From the NCBI GenBank assembly GCA_964529955.1, contig CAZGZM010000001.1, positions 6,510-38,334 of the forward strand: a DNA stretch of 31,825 nucleotides. The letters run 5' to 3'. This document shows, piece after piece, positions 8,124 to 16,419 of this stretch. The DNA is from an uncultured Thermotogaceae bacterium. GTDB taxonomy: Bacteria; Thermotogota; Thermotogae; Petrotogales; Kosmotogaceae. Made by a program: the position numbers and the translations under genes. Within the stretch, counting starts at the first letter, position 1. The number at the start of each line of letters is the position of its first letter. The notes below the pieces were generated by a model that saw only the letters and a program-made list of their open reading frames with translations, was not told the origin of the DNA and did not search any database.

Positions 8124-8597
8124 TTAAGTTTCTGGATAATATCCCATACCTAACATATATACTTTTTCTTCGAATACTGCCTTTGTCACGTAAGCTAATT
8201 TCTTTGATTCTTTTTCTTCTCCAGGTTTCTCCCAGTAGTATTCTACCCAATCCCCATTATCGTTAAGAGCAGCATCCAAAAGTTTTACAATAACATATAA
8301 ACCTCTTTTATCTTTCCTTGTTATTAAATCCTTTCCCTGTATTGATGGGTTCCCTACATTAACAAGACACACTCCGGAGTCATTATAAAGGAAAATGTAT
8401 TCGTTTCCCAGTATATAAGGACCATCTTTATCAAAGAATTCTGGAAAGGATTCGGGGCCAAATTCTTCAATCATTTGAACAGCTTCATTTACAATTTTCT
8501 CAATGTCCATTTTTACTTTGTCTACGTTATTAGAAGAAGAAAAAACTAGCAAAGCTAAGAATATTACAGCAGCAGTAGTTAAAAGTACTCTTTTCAA
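8124..8597 (-). CDS. Stand-alone single Cache (sCache_2-like) domain protein with N-terminal signal/anchor
   Basis: YIFLYNDSG, NPSIQGKDL, KDKRG, GDWVEYYWEKPG, KLAYV and LGMGYY match the sCache_2 pattern. TTG start after GAGGTGG; no cytoplasmic output domain. Confidence 0.85.
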   Translation of the reverse strand: MKRVLLTTAAVIFLALLVFSSSNNVDKVKMDIEKIVNEAVQMIEEFGPESFPEFFDKDGPYILGNEYIFLYNDSGVCLVNVGNPSIQGKDLITRKDKRGLYVIVKLLDAALNDNGDWVEYYWEKPGEEKESKKLAYVTKAVFEEKVYMLGMGYYPET

Positions 8598-8659
8598 ATT
8601 ATTCCACCTCTCATATTAAAATATATATATATATATTTTATATTCTAAAAAAAAATTAG

Positions 8660-9580
8660 TCAATAAGTATTTTTTAAAAAAAGTCTGTTTATCGCCTCTG
8701 CAACCCCATTTTCCTTATTAGTATTCACTCGCATCTTTGATATCTTTTTCACATCTTCCACTGCATTTGAAACAGCTATGGGCATCCCAACTCTTTTCAT
8801 TAATGGAATATCATTATAGTTATCTCCAATAAAGGCAATTTCCTCTTCCTTTAAATTATATTTATCAAGAAAAAAATCCAATGCTTCTCCTTTAGTAACT
8901 CCTATTGACGATAAATAACAGTAACCCCATTTATGAAGTTCAGAATCAAACATTTCATGGAGTTTATCTTGCTGGGGAAAGATGTTCCAGTAATATTGGT
9001 GGAAAGACCAATCTTCAATAGTACTTGTATATGTCCATTCTATCTTCCCATGCATTTGATTTTCAGTGAATTTAATTAAAGATATTATATCCTTTTCATA
9101 TCCGTTAATAGCTATATGAGCTGCGCCTTTAATACTTTCAACAGCTTCCATAAGGTTATCAACTTTTTTTATCCTATCTTTCTGGCTTAATAAAAAGGGT
9201 GTAAAGGGAGTGAGATTATTTAAATCAAAATCAGTGAGAAGATCTGGCAGGTCAATGAAATTTGAATGAATGAATATATTTAAATTATTTTTCTTAGCTT
9301 CAATTATTATTTTTATTGTATCCTCTCTTGAAATCATCTTTTTGAGAAAAATTTCTCCTTCATTATTGGTTATTAAAGCCCCGTTATGCAACACAAAAGG
9401 GATTTCTAATTCCAATTCTTCAATATAATCTCTTGCCAGATGATACTCTCTTCCTGTAAATACAGTGAAAAGTATTCCCTTTTCTCTAAGTTTTTTTATT
9501 GCCTTTTTATTTATTTTTGAAATTCTCTTGTTATCATCTAGCAATGTGTCATCAAGATCAACAATAAACATTTTATACAT
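8660..9580 (-). CDS. Cof-type HAD-IIB family hydrolase (phosphatase)
   Basis: Motif I DLDDTLL, motif II FTGR, HNGA, motif III GVTKG, motif IV AFIGDNYND, AVSNA, NGVAEAI. Confidence 0.9.
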   Translation of the reverse strand: MYKMFIVDLDDTLLDDNKRISKINKKAIKKLREKGILFTVFTGREYHLARDYIEELELEIPFVLHNGALITNNEGEIFLKKMISREDTIKIIIEAKKNNLNIFIHSNFIDLPDLLTDFDLNNLTPFTPFLLSQKDRIKKVDNLMEAVESIKGAAHIAINGYEKDIISLIKFTENQMHGKIEWTYTSTIEDWSFHQYYWNIFPQQDKLHEMFDSELHKWGYCYLSSIGVTKGEALDFFLDKYNLKEEEIAFIGDNYNDIPLMKRVGMPIAVSNAVEDVKKISKMRVNTNKENGVAEAINRLFLKNTY

Positions 9581-9642
9581 TAATATTCCCCATTAATTTT
9601 ATCCTATTTTATTATCAAAAAACAAGAAGATAAAAACACTTA

Positions 9643-10383
9643 TTATTTATTAAACACTAAAAAAATCAGATCATCAACTGATTTGTCTTTTTTCAAATAA
9701 AAACCACTTTTTAATCCGAGCTCAATTAATGAATGATTATCCTGTTTTTTATTTTCCCACATAATTCCATAATTCGTATCAATATAATTATCTTTAACCT
9801 TTACTTGAATAGAAACAATAAAAATATCTTCTTTTTCAGTTACTCTTTTGGGTATTTTCAGGTCCCAAATATAAAAGAATCCTTCGTTCTTCAAAACTCT
9901 ATACGCTTCTTTAAATACTTTCATAATTGTCTCATCTGACATATACATTAAAGAAAAAAAAGCAGTACAGTTATGAAAGCTATTATCATTAAATGTCATG
10001 TCAGTAGCATCCATAACTATTTTTTTACATTTGCAGTTTTCTGCTTCTTCCAATTCCTCTTTACTTTTATCTATAACTGTAACTAATTCTCCAAAGCGTT
10101 GCCCAATAATTCCTTCGCCTCCACCTCCAATATCTAAAATGTTTCCACTAATTTGCATATCATCAAGATTCAAAGAAATAATACCCTGGTGAAAAAACCT
10201 ACTTTTATTTTCTAATCTATATAACAAAAAATCATTCTTTCTCAGAAAAATTTTTCCATTTTCATTAATAAAATTAATTTCATTTTTTTTAATAGGTGAT
10301 TTCAGTCTTTCAAAATTGAAATCAGGAAAGATTATCTTCAATTCTTCTAAAGAATAATACCTAAAGTTATTTATTATTTTCAT
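9643..10383 (-). CDS. Class I SAM-dependent methyltransferase with about 60 aa N-terminal extension
   Basis: ILDIGGGGEG (motif I), VIDKS, MDATDMTFNDNSF, EAYRVLKNEG; RBS AGGGGG. Confidence 0.85.
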   Translation of the reverse strand: MKIINNFRYYSLEELKIIFPDFNFERLKSPIKKNEINFINENGKIFLRKNDFLLYRLENKSRFFHQGIISLNLDDMQISGNILDIGGGGEGIIGQRFGELVTVIDKSKEELEEAENCKCKKIVMDATDMTFNDNSFHNCTAFFSLMYMSDETIMKVFKEAYRVLKNEGFFYIWDLKIPKRVTEKEDIFIVSIQVKVKDNYIDTNYGIMWENKKQDNHSLIELGLKSGFYLKKDKSVDDLIFLVFNK

Positions 10384-10402
10384 ATATTTGAACCCCCTAA
10401 AG

Positions 10403-10427
10403 AAAAAACGACCCTTTTTGGGTCGTT
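10403..10427 (-). terminator. Intrinsic-terminator-like hairpin upstream of the methyltransferase RBS
   Basis: Stem AACGACCC / GGGTCGTT (10407-10414, 10420-10427), then TTTTTTCTTT on the minus strand (the first Ts are shared with the stem). Confidence 0.65.
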
Positions 10428-10435
10428 CAGTTCTT

Positions 10436-10463
10436 ATTATACCATATATTCAGATTTTGTCAA
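10436..10463 (-). promoter_or_regulatory. Consensus sigma-70 promoter (extended -10)
   Basis: Minus strand TTGACA (10463-10458), 16 nt ending TGG, TATAAT (10441-10436). Confidence 0.75.
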
Positions 10464-10492
10464 CGCCTTTTCTTTTAATACATTATTAACAA

Positions 10493-11779
10493 TCATAGAG
10501 GTTTACTTCCTGGCAAATGAAGCCAATCTTCAATATTTTTCTTCATATCCTCCACTCGGCTTGTCCAGAATCGCTCGAATATACGAGAAGTGATTTCCAT
10601 AGATTTAGATAATTTATAAAAATCTCTGCATAACTGGAAAAATCTTTGCTCTTTTATATGATCATAAATTTCATAGAGCATTAAAGATCCCTTTAAATAT
10701 CTTATCGTCATTCCATCTCCGCTATTAGATAAAGGATGTTCATAAAGACAGTGAGCATCTTTATTAACTTTTTTTACTGCTTCTCTATATTTTTTTATAT
10801 ATTCCTCAATATTTGAGTCATTTATATTTTTAAGAGCTAATAAACAAAAAAATTCTGCAAATGACTCGTTTATCCAGTCATGGTTTCCCTTTGAAAAGTT
10901 CCACCACATATGAGCTAATTCGTGAGCATTCCCCTTTAGAAGATTTATTTTTGGATATTTATTCAATAAATCTAAAATATAGCCTTGAGAGAATACAGTC
11001 ATTCCTCCTCTCTGAAAGGCTCCCTGACCATTTTTCTTGGGTGAAAAGATTCTTTTAAAAAAAATCTTTTTCTTTGAAGGCAACTCCATTTTTTCCTGGA
11101 AAAAATTATATGTTTCAATAGTTTGCTCATAGTCATTTTTGATAAACTTCTCTGAAAGGTCTGTGTAATATGCTTCATAAGATATATTATCGTTTTGTTC
11201 CATTTTGAATTTGAAATCTCTGCTACCAAGAACAACTATATCCATTGTGATATCACATTTCCATCTAGTAATAGATTTATTGTTAAAAATTTTTTCTGTT
11301 ATTTTATCCCCTTGAGCGACCATTTTATAGTCTGGAGAAACATAAAGTACAATATCGTAGGAAAAGAGTTGGCCAAAATCGCAGAATTGAGGATACCATG
11401 AAGAATAACTTGCAAGTTCAATTCTCAGTTCGTTAATTCTATCATCAAGAAATAGCTCTGAGTCTATTTCACCAAATTCTGGAAAATAGAGCAGTTGCCC
11501 TGAATAGTTAATCCTAATCTTTACTTTCTTTTTCTCTGGTATATCGAAGTAATGTCTCTTAACAGCAGGGTTAACTGGGATAGGTTTTAAATCTTCTTTT
11601 TTTATTATTTTTACTTCATCATCGTTTATATTAAAATCATGAATTTTAAAGGATTTATGCAAATCAAGATATCCTCTTTGAACTTTTTTTTGATTAATTA
11701 AGTATATATCGCCTTCTACATTTATTTTTCCTTTTTTAGGATTTATCTTAATTTCTAATTCGTATTTTTTAGGGATCAT
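10493..11779 (-). CDS. M1-like (gluzincin) zinc metallopeptidase
   Basis: AHELAHMWW (HExxH), downstream WINESFAEF (third-ligand Glu) and YLKG (catalytic Tyr); N-terminal beta-rich domain; no signal peptide. Confidence 0.8.
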   Translation of the reverse strand: MIPKKYELEIKINPKKGKINVEGDIYLINQKKVQRGYLDLHKSFKIHDFNINDDEVKIIKKEDLKPIPVNPAVKRHYFDIPEKKKVKIRINYSGQLLYFPEFGEIDSELFLDDRINELRIELASYSSWYPQFCDFGQLFSYDIVLYVSPDYKMVAQGDKITEKIFNNKSITRWKCDITMDIVVLGSRDFKFKMEQNDNISYEAYYTDLSEKFIKNDYEQTIETYNFFQEKMELPSKKKIFFKRIFSPKKNGQGAFQRGGMTVFSQGYILDLLNKYPKINLLKGNAHELAHMWWNFSKGNHDWINESFAEFFCLLALKNINDSNIEEYIKKYREAVKKVNKDAHCLYEHPLSNSGDGMTIRYLKGSLMLYEIYDHIKEQRFFQLCRDFYKLSKSMEITSRIFERFWTSRVEDMKKNIEDWLHLPGSKPL

Positions 11780-11866
11780 GATAACCTCCTAAAGAAAAAA
11801 TAACTTCTTTATTTATTTATTCAGCAATGACTAATTTTATTAAAACTATATGATAATTCACAATAA

Positions 11867-12658
11867 TTAAATTTTCAAAGAATATAAATAAACTTTGTTT
11901 AACTCCTCAAAACCTATTTTCTTATATAGATTTATCCCCATTACTGAAGATTCCAAAACTGCTGATTTAAGTCCTCTCTTTTTTATTTGTTTTAACATAT
12001 ACGTTGTAAGAGAAAATCCATATCCCTTTTTCCTACATTCAGGAACTGTAGATATCCAATATAATCCTGCGACACCTCCCTCAATGTATAATAATCCTGT
12101 ACATTGAGGACAATTTTTATAGTAACCAACAAATAATTCCTGTTTTGGAGAAGCATATCTCATCTTTTGAATAAAGTTTTTATAAAGATACTCATATTTC
12201 TTTTCTATTTCAAAACCTTTGAAAGAAGCTTCTCCAAAATCATCAAGTTCTTTTTTAGATGAAACTCTTTTAATAACTAGATCCTCATCAGGTGCTAGTT
12301 CTACAATATCATTCTCCAAATTGAATCCCATTGCAGAAGAAGCTAACTTCACATGCATATTATTCTCTTCAAAAAGCTGTTTCAATTCCTCAGTAAGATT
12401 ATTTTCAAGTACCCACCATATAAATGGTTTCTTCACGGCTTCATAGTAAGAAATTGTTTCCTTTACCAGTGGCTTAATCCTTTCTCTTGAAGCTCTTGTT
12501 GAAAACACCCAATTAAGCTCAGGTATTGGCACCTCAGTTGAAATACAAACAATAGGATCAAGTTCAACAACATTGCTTCCGGTGCTTTTTCCCCAAAAAA
12601 CACCACTTTCAATCATATTTAGATCAAGAGATTTTATCAATCTTTGTTTTTCAATCAT
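11867..12658 (-). CDS. GNAT-family N-acetyltransferase
   Basis: C-terminal AGLYWISTVPECRKKGYG (acetyl-CoA motif A) and GINLYKKIGF (motif B). Confidence 0.9.
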   Translation of the reverse strand: MIEKQRLIKSLDLNMIESGVFWGKSTGSNVVELDPIVCISTEVPIPELNWVFSTRASRERIKPLVKETISYYEAVKKPFIWWVLENNLTEELKQLFEENNMHVKLASSAMGFNLENDIVELAPDEDLVIKRVSSKKELDDFGEASFKGFEIEKKYEYLYKNFIQKMRYASPKQELFVGYYKNCPQCTGLLYIEGGVAGLYWISTVPECRKKGYGFSLTTYMLKQIKKRGLKSAVLESSVMGINLYKKIGFEELNKVYLYSLKI

Positions 12659-12874
12659 AGCAATCCCCCTGCATAAAAAAATAAGGTGTAGTTATTATTA
12701 ATCTAAGTTCAACATGCTGTGCCATATCTAAAAATAAATATATCTCTAAAAATAATTATATCATCGAAAACAACATTATAATTTATTTGCAGCAAATATC
12801 ATATAGAGTCTTTTTTCTTTTAAATCATCCTGCTTAAGATGTATAATTATTAAAAGTATAACGAGGTGAAAAAA

Positions 12875-13978
12875 ATGGAATATCGAAAATTGGGAAATAC
12901 CGGTCTAAATCTCTCTTTATTAGGCTTAGGTGGATTTCATTTACTGGAAATAGATTTCCACTCTGTTAAAAATATTGTAAAGGCTTTTCTCGATTCCGGA
13001 GGAAATTATATAGAAACTGCTCATTCCTATGGAAATGGCTTATCTGAGAGAAAGTTGGGGAAAATTCTTCCAAAGAACGGAATAATAGTTGCAACAAAAA
13101 CTGAAGCCAGAGACGCTGAAACAGCAGAAAAGGAATTGATGCAAAGCTTAAAAAATTTGAACAGAAAGCATATAGATATTCTTTTTTTACACGCTGTCAC
13201 TAAAGAAGATTACTGGGAAAAAATCAAAGGAGAAAACGGAGCTCTGGAATTTGTTGAATGGGCTAAAAAGAAAGGTTTTATTAGGTTTGTTGGGATTACT
13301 TCACATGGATATAGCGGTCCTCTATTAAAAGCTATAAAGGAATATCCATTCGATCTATTGATGACAGGAATAAATTATTATGACAGATTTAATTTCCCGG
13401 AAATCGAAAGCGAAATTATTCCATTTGCTGAAAAAAATGAGATAGGTATATTAGCAATGAAATCACTTGCTGATGGTTATTTATGGAGAAATGTTGAATA
13501 TGCATTCAGATACACTAAAAGATTTCCAATTACCACTATTGTAAGTGGAATAAATACAATGGAACAGCTTGAAAAGGATTTAAGTTTAATACATAAATCT
13601 CCTCTTTCAGACGAAGAAACAACAAGATTAATTAATAAATCACCGGAATTAAACAATTATGTTTGTAGACAGTGTATGAAATGTCTTCCATGTCCGGAGG
13701 GTATAGATATCCCTTCTATTTTTCTAGCTGAAGGGCGCTATGATAGGCAGATGATAGATGGGAAGGTCAGATCTGCACCTGATTATGCTATTAGAAAAAG
13801 GTTAGCCCATTGGTTTCAAAGTGAAGAAATAGCAATTGAAGAATTCAATTCTATTCAACCTGGTCCAGCTAAATGCACCGAATGTGGAATTTGTTCGAAT
13901 AGATGTCCCTATAAAATTAATATTCCAAGAAAATTAAAAATTATAAAATCAAAAATCGAAGAGGGATATATATGGTAA
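12875..13978 (+). CDS. Aldo/keto reductase with C-terminal 4Fe-4S dicluster domain
   Basis: YRKLGNTG, NYIETAHSYG (canonical Asp replaced by Glu), VATK, DILFLHAV, GITSHG, LAMKSLADG, CRQCMKCLPCP, CTECGICSNRCP. ATG 12875 follows RBS GAGGTGA. Confidence 0.9.
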   Translation: MEYRKLGNTGLNLSLLGLGGFHLLEIDFHSVKNIVKAFLDSGGNYIETAHSYGNGLSERKLGKILPKNGIIVATKTEARDAETAEKELMQSLKNLNRKHIDILFLHAVTKEDYWEKIKGENGALEFVEWAKKKGFIRFVGITSHGYSGPLLKAIKEYPFDLLMTGINYYDRFNFPEIESEIIPFAEKNEIGILAMKSLADGYLWRNVEYAFRYTKRFPITTIVSGINTMEQLEKDLSLIHKSPLSDEETTRLINKSPELNNYVCRQCMKCLPCPEGIDIPSIFLAEGRYDRQMIDGKVRSAPDYAIRKRLAHWFQSEEIAIEEFNSIQPGPAKCTECGICSNRCPYKINIPRKLKIIKSKIEEGYIW

Positions 13979-13982
13979 AAAA

Positions 13983-14004
13983 ATGAAGGCCCCTTGGGCC
14001 TCAT
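13983..14004. terminator. Hairpin between convergent genes (likely bidirectional terminator)
   Basis: AGGCCC-CTT-GGGCCT extended by ATG/CAT with one bulge. Confidence 0.55.
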
Positions 14005-14006
14005 GT

Positions 14007-15377
14007 TCATTTGATTTCTAATATAGGAATTTTATTTACATTTGATTTTTTATTTATACCTTTATTAAATATTGCAACAACTGAGACTGTTATTATAAAA
14101 GTTAGTATGTCTGCAGCTGGTTGAACACAAAGAATTCCATTTACACCAAAAATTAATGGTAATACAAAAACTATTGGGAAGAAACAAATACCATGTCTGC
14201 AAAAGCTTAAAAAGCTTCCTTCCTTTGCTTTGCCGATTGCAAGAAACATTGATGCATAAATCATGCTTATTGAAAAGAAAGGAAAAGTAATGCTGTAGTA
14301 AAGTAACCCTCTAGAAGCAATTTCTATTACAGTAATGTCACTGGAAAACCACTCTACAATGTTTGATCCAAAAACTATTTGAACAAATGAATATATAAGG
14401 GCAAAAACTGTACTATAAATAACAGAATAATTTATAGATTTTTTAAGTCTTTTAATATTTCCAGAGCCATAACTAAATCCCACTATTGGCTGAAATCCCT
14501 TGGCATATCCATAAATTACATACATTCCAATAAGCATTATTCTACTTATTATACCTATTGCTGCAACCGCTTCATTTCCATAATTTGCAGCCTGTCCATT
14601 TAAAATACCTATAGCGATACTTGCAAGCAACTGAAAAACAAATTGCGGAGTCCCAATTTTGAATATTTCAGAAAGAATGTCCTTAGATAAACTGAAATCT
14701 CTGATCCTTATTCTCAAAATACTATCTTTTTTCATGTAAAAGACAAATAAAAAGAGCATCGAAACTGCCTGTGATAAAACAGTTGCTATTGCTGCTCCTC
14801 TTATTCCCCAACCGAATGTAAAAATAAAGATAGGATCCAATATAACATTCAAAATTGACCCTAAAAGCATACCAAACATGCTGTAAAACATGGCTCCTTG
14901 TGCCCTTATAGTGTTTGATAGAGTTACAGTGATTAACTGAAAAACACACCCTCCGATGTATATATATGCATAGTTCAGTGCATAGGGAAGAATATCTTCA
15001 GTAGCTCCAAATAGCCTCAAAACATCATCTATAAATAATAAACCTATCAAAGTTACAATCACCGCTGTCAAAATTGATAGAAAAAAGCTTACAGATAGTG
15101 TTTTCTGAGCCTTATCCTTATTGTTTGACCCAAGTAACCTAGATATATATGACGAAGCTCCTGCTCCAAAAATGTGACCTATTCCTACAATAATAAGCAC
15201 TATAGGAAACACGACTGTTGCTGCTCCCATTTGAACTGTTCCTAATTGCCCAACGAAAAGTGCATCAAAAAAATTATATAGTGCATTAACAATGAATCCT
15301 ATTATTGAAGGAATTCCAAATACTAATAATACCTTAGATACTTTCCCATTTTCCATTAATTTTAATCTTTTATCCAT
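14007..15377 (-). CDS. MATE-family efflux transporter (MepA-like)
   Basis: About 12 hydrophobic segments; LYNFFDALFVGQLG, ISRLLG, LNVILDPIFIF, GIRGAAIATV, QPIVGFSYG. Confidence 0.93.
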   Translation of the reverse strand: MDKRLKLMENGKVSKVLLVFGIPSIIGFIVNALYNFFDALFVGQLGTVQMGAATVVFPIVLIIVGIGHIFGAGASSYISRLLGSNNKDKAQKTLSVSFFLSILTAVIVTLIGLLFIDDVLRLFGATEDILPYALNYAYIYIGGCVFQLITVTLSNTIRAQGAMFYSMFGMLLGSILNVILDPIFIFTFGWGIRGAAIATVLSQAVSMLFLFVFYMKKDSILRIRIRDFSLSKDILSEIFKIGTPQFVFQLLASIAIGILNGQAANYGNEAVAAIGIISRIMLIGMYVIYGYAKGFQPIVGFSYGSGNIKRLKKSINYSVIYSTVFALIYSFVQIVFGSNIVEWFSSDITVIEIASRGLLYYSITFPFFSISMIYASMFLAIGKAKEGSFLSFCRHGICFFPIVFVLPLIFGVNGILCVQPAADILTFIITVSVVAIFNKGINKKSNVNKIPILEIK

Positions 15378-15388
15378 TTTATCCTCCC

Positions 15389-15417
15389 AATTAGTGTATA
15401 GTTACTATACACTAATT
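15389..15417. promoter_or_regulatory. Putative MarR operator upstream of the MATE gene
   Basis: Perfect 13-bp inverted repeat AATTAGTGTATAG-TTA-CTATACACTAATT; the core matches the repeat at 15911-15927. Confidence 0.75.
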
Positions 15418-15428
15418 ATAAAAAAAAA

Positions 15429-15902
15429 TTATTCTTTTCCCTTTTTAGTTTTTTCTTCCAGTTTCAAAGTGGTTTTTAACACATCACATAAAAATTTTTC
15501 TATTGAACTCTTTTCCTCTTCTGACATACTTTTCAAACTTTCCTCTATCATTTTGTTAAATAATTCATGAAATTCGTTATGAGTCCTCTGAGCTATGATT
15601 CCCTTTTTTGTTAAATTAATCATTAACCTTGATAAATTTTCGGGATCGGGAAGTTTGCTTAATAAACCCTTTTTCTCCATTTTTTTTACTAACTGTGAAA
15701 CCGCCCCTCTTGTCACTCCTATCCTTTTGGCTATTCCAGATATATGTATCCCGGGATTACTGCTAACGGTATCAAGAATATGTATTTCAGAGATTGATAT
15801 CTTCACATCTGTGCCATAATATTGAATTTTTTCTTCCATTTCCATTACCTTATAAATGATTTTCAATAAGGTATGAATTAAATCATTATTATTTTTTTTC
15901 AT
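15429..15902 (-). CDS. MarR-family transcriptional regulator
   Basis: SEIHILDTV, ISGIAKRIGVTRGAVSQLVKKMEKKGLL (wHTH), LTKKG. Start at 15902 is preferred over 15920, which lies inside the promoter/operator. Confidence 0.92.
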   Translation of the reverse strand: MKKNNNDLIHTLLKIIYKVMEMEEKIQYYGTDVKISISEIHILDTVSSNPGIHISGIAKRIGVTRGAVSQLVKKMEKKGLLSKLPDPENLSRLMINLTKKGIIAQRTHNEFHELFNKMIEESLKSMSEEEKSSIEKFLCDVLKTTLKLEEKTKKGKE

Positions 15903-15908
15903 ATTTAT

Positions 15909-15937
15909 AGTGTATAGCATCTATACATTGTTGTCAA
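15909..15937 (-). promoter_or_regulatory. marR promoter overlapped by a palindromic operator
   Basis: Minus strand TTGACA (15937-15932), 17 nt, TACACT (15914-15909). TGTATAG-CAT-CTATACA (15911-15927) covers the spacer and the -10. Confidence 0.72.
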
Positions 15938-16041
15938 GTATTACAAAAAATATTTTTTTATCAAAATAATTAGATATAATAAAATGAGAATATTTACCTT
16001 TTAATAGTATAATTTAATAAACTAATTTATGAGGTGATTTT

Positions 16042-16419
16042 ATGAAACTTACTCATTTATGTATTGTAACTGAGGATGTTAAAAGGCTAAGTGATTTTTA
16101 TCGAACAGTATTGAATATCGAACCAAATGAATATGGAAACGATTATGTAGAATTTGAAACCGAAGGAGCTTTTCTTTCAATTTATAGTTTAAAGATGCAA
16201 GAAAATATCACTCCGAATCTTATTCAGGCCAAATCCAACAAAAATCTTATTCTTGAATTTGAAGTAGAAGATGTAGATAGCGAATTTTTTAGAATACAAA
16301 AAACAGGAATTGAAATCGCAAAAAAACCTACCGTTCAAGACTGGGGAACAAAATCCTTTTATTTCAAAGATTCCGATGGTAATATTGTTTCTTTTTATTC
16401 TAATGTCGAGAAGAAATGA
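16042..16419 (+). CDS. VOC (glyoxalase/bleomycin-resistance) family protein
   Basis: LTHLCIVTEDV, FYRTVL, LEFEVEDVD, PTVQDWG, FYFKDSDGNIV; RBS GAGGTGA. Confidence 0.9.
   Translation: MKLTHLCIVTEDVKRLSDFYRTVLNIEPNEYGNDYVEFETEGAFLSIYSLKMQENITPNLIQAKSNKNLILEFEVEDVDSEFFRIQKTGIEIAKKPTVQDWGTKSFYFKDSDGNIVSFYSNVEKK

Noticed and set aside
9643-12658. Integron-like cassette array (co-oriented methyltransferase, peptidase and GNAT genes)
   Set aside because: No attC-like GTTRRRY/RYYYAAC palindromes repeated between genes, no integrase, and the genes have their own promoters and RBSs.
12711-12726. TGGCAC on the minus strand upstream of the GNAT gene as another sigma-54-like site
   Set aside because: No TTGC half-site at either N9 or N10 spacing (reads TGGCACAGCATGTTGA).
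12784-12798. Palindrome TATTTGC-A-GCAAATA in the GNAT / aldo-keto reductase divergent region
   Set aside because: Single short copy with no cognate regulator nearby and no second occurrence found, so it is too weak to call.
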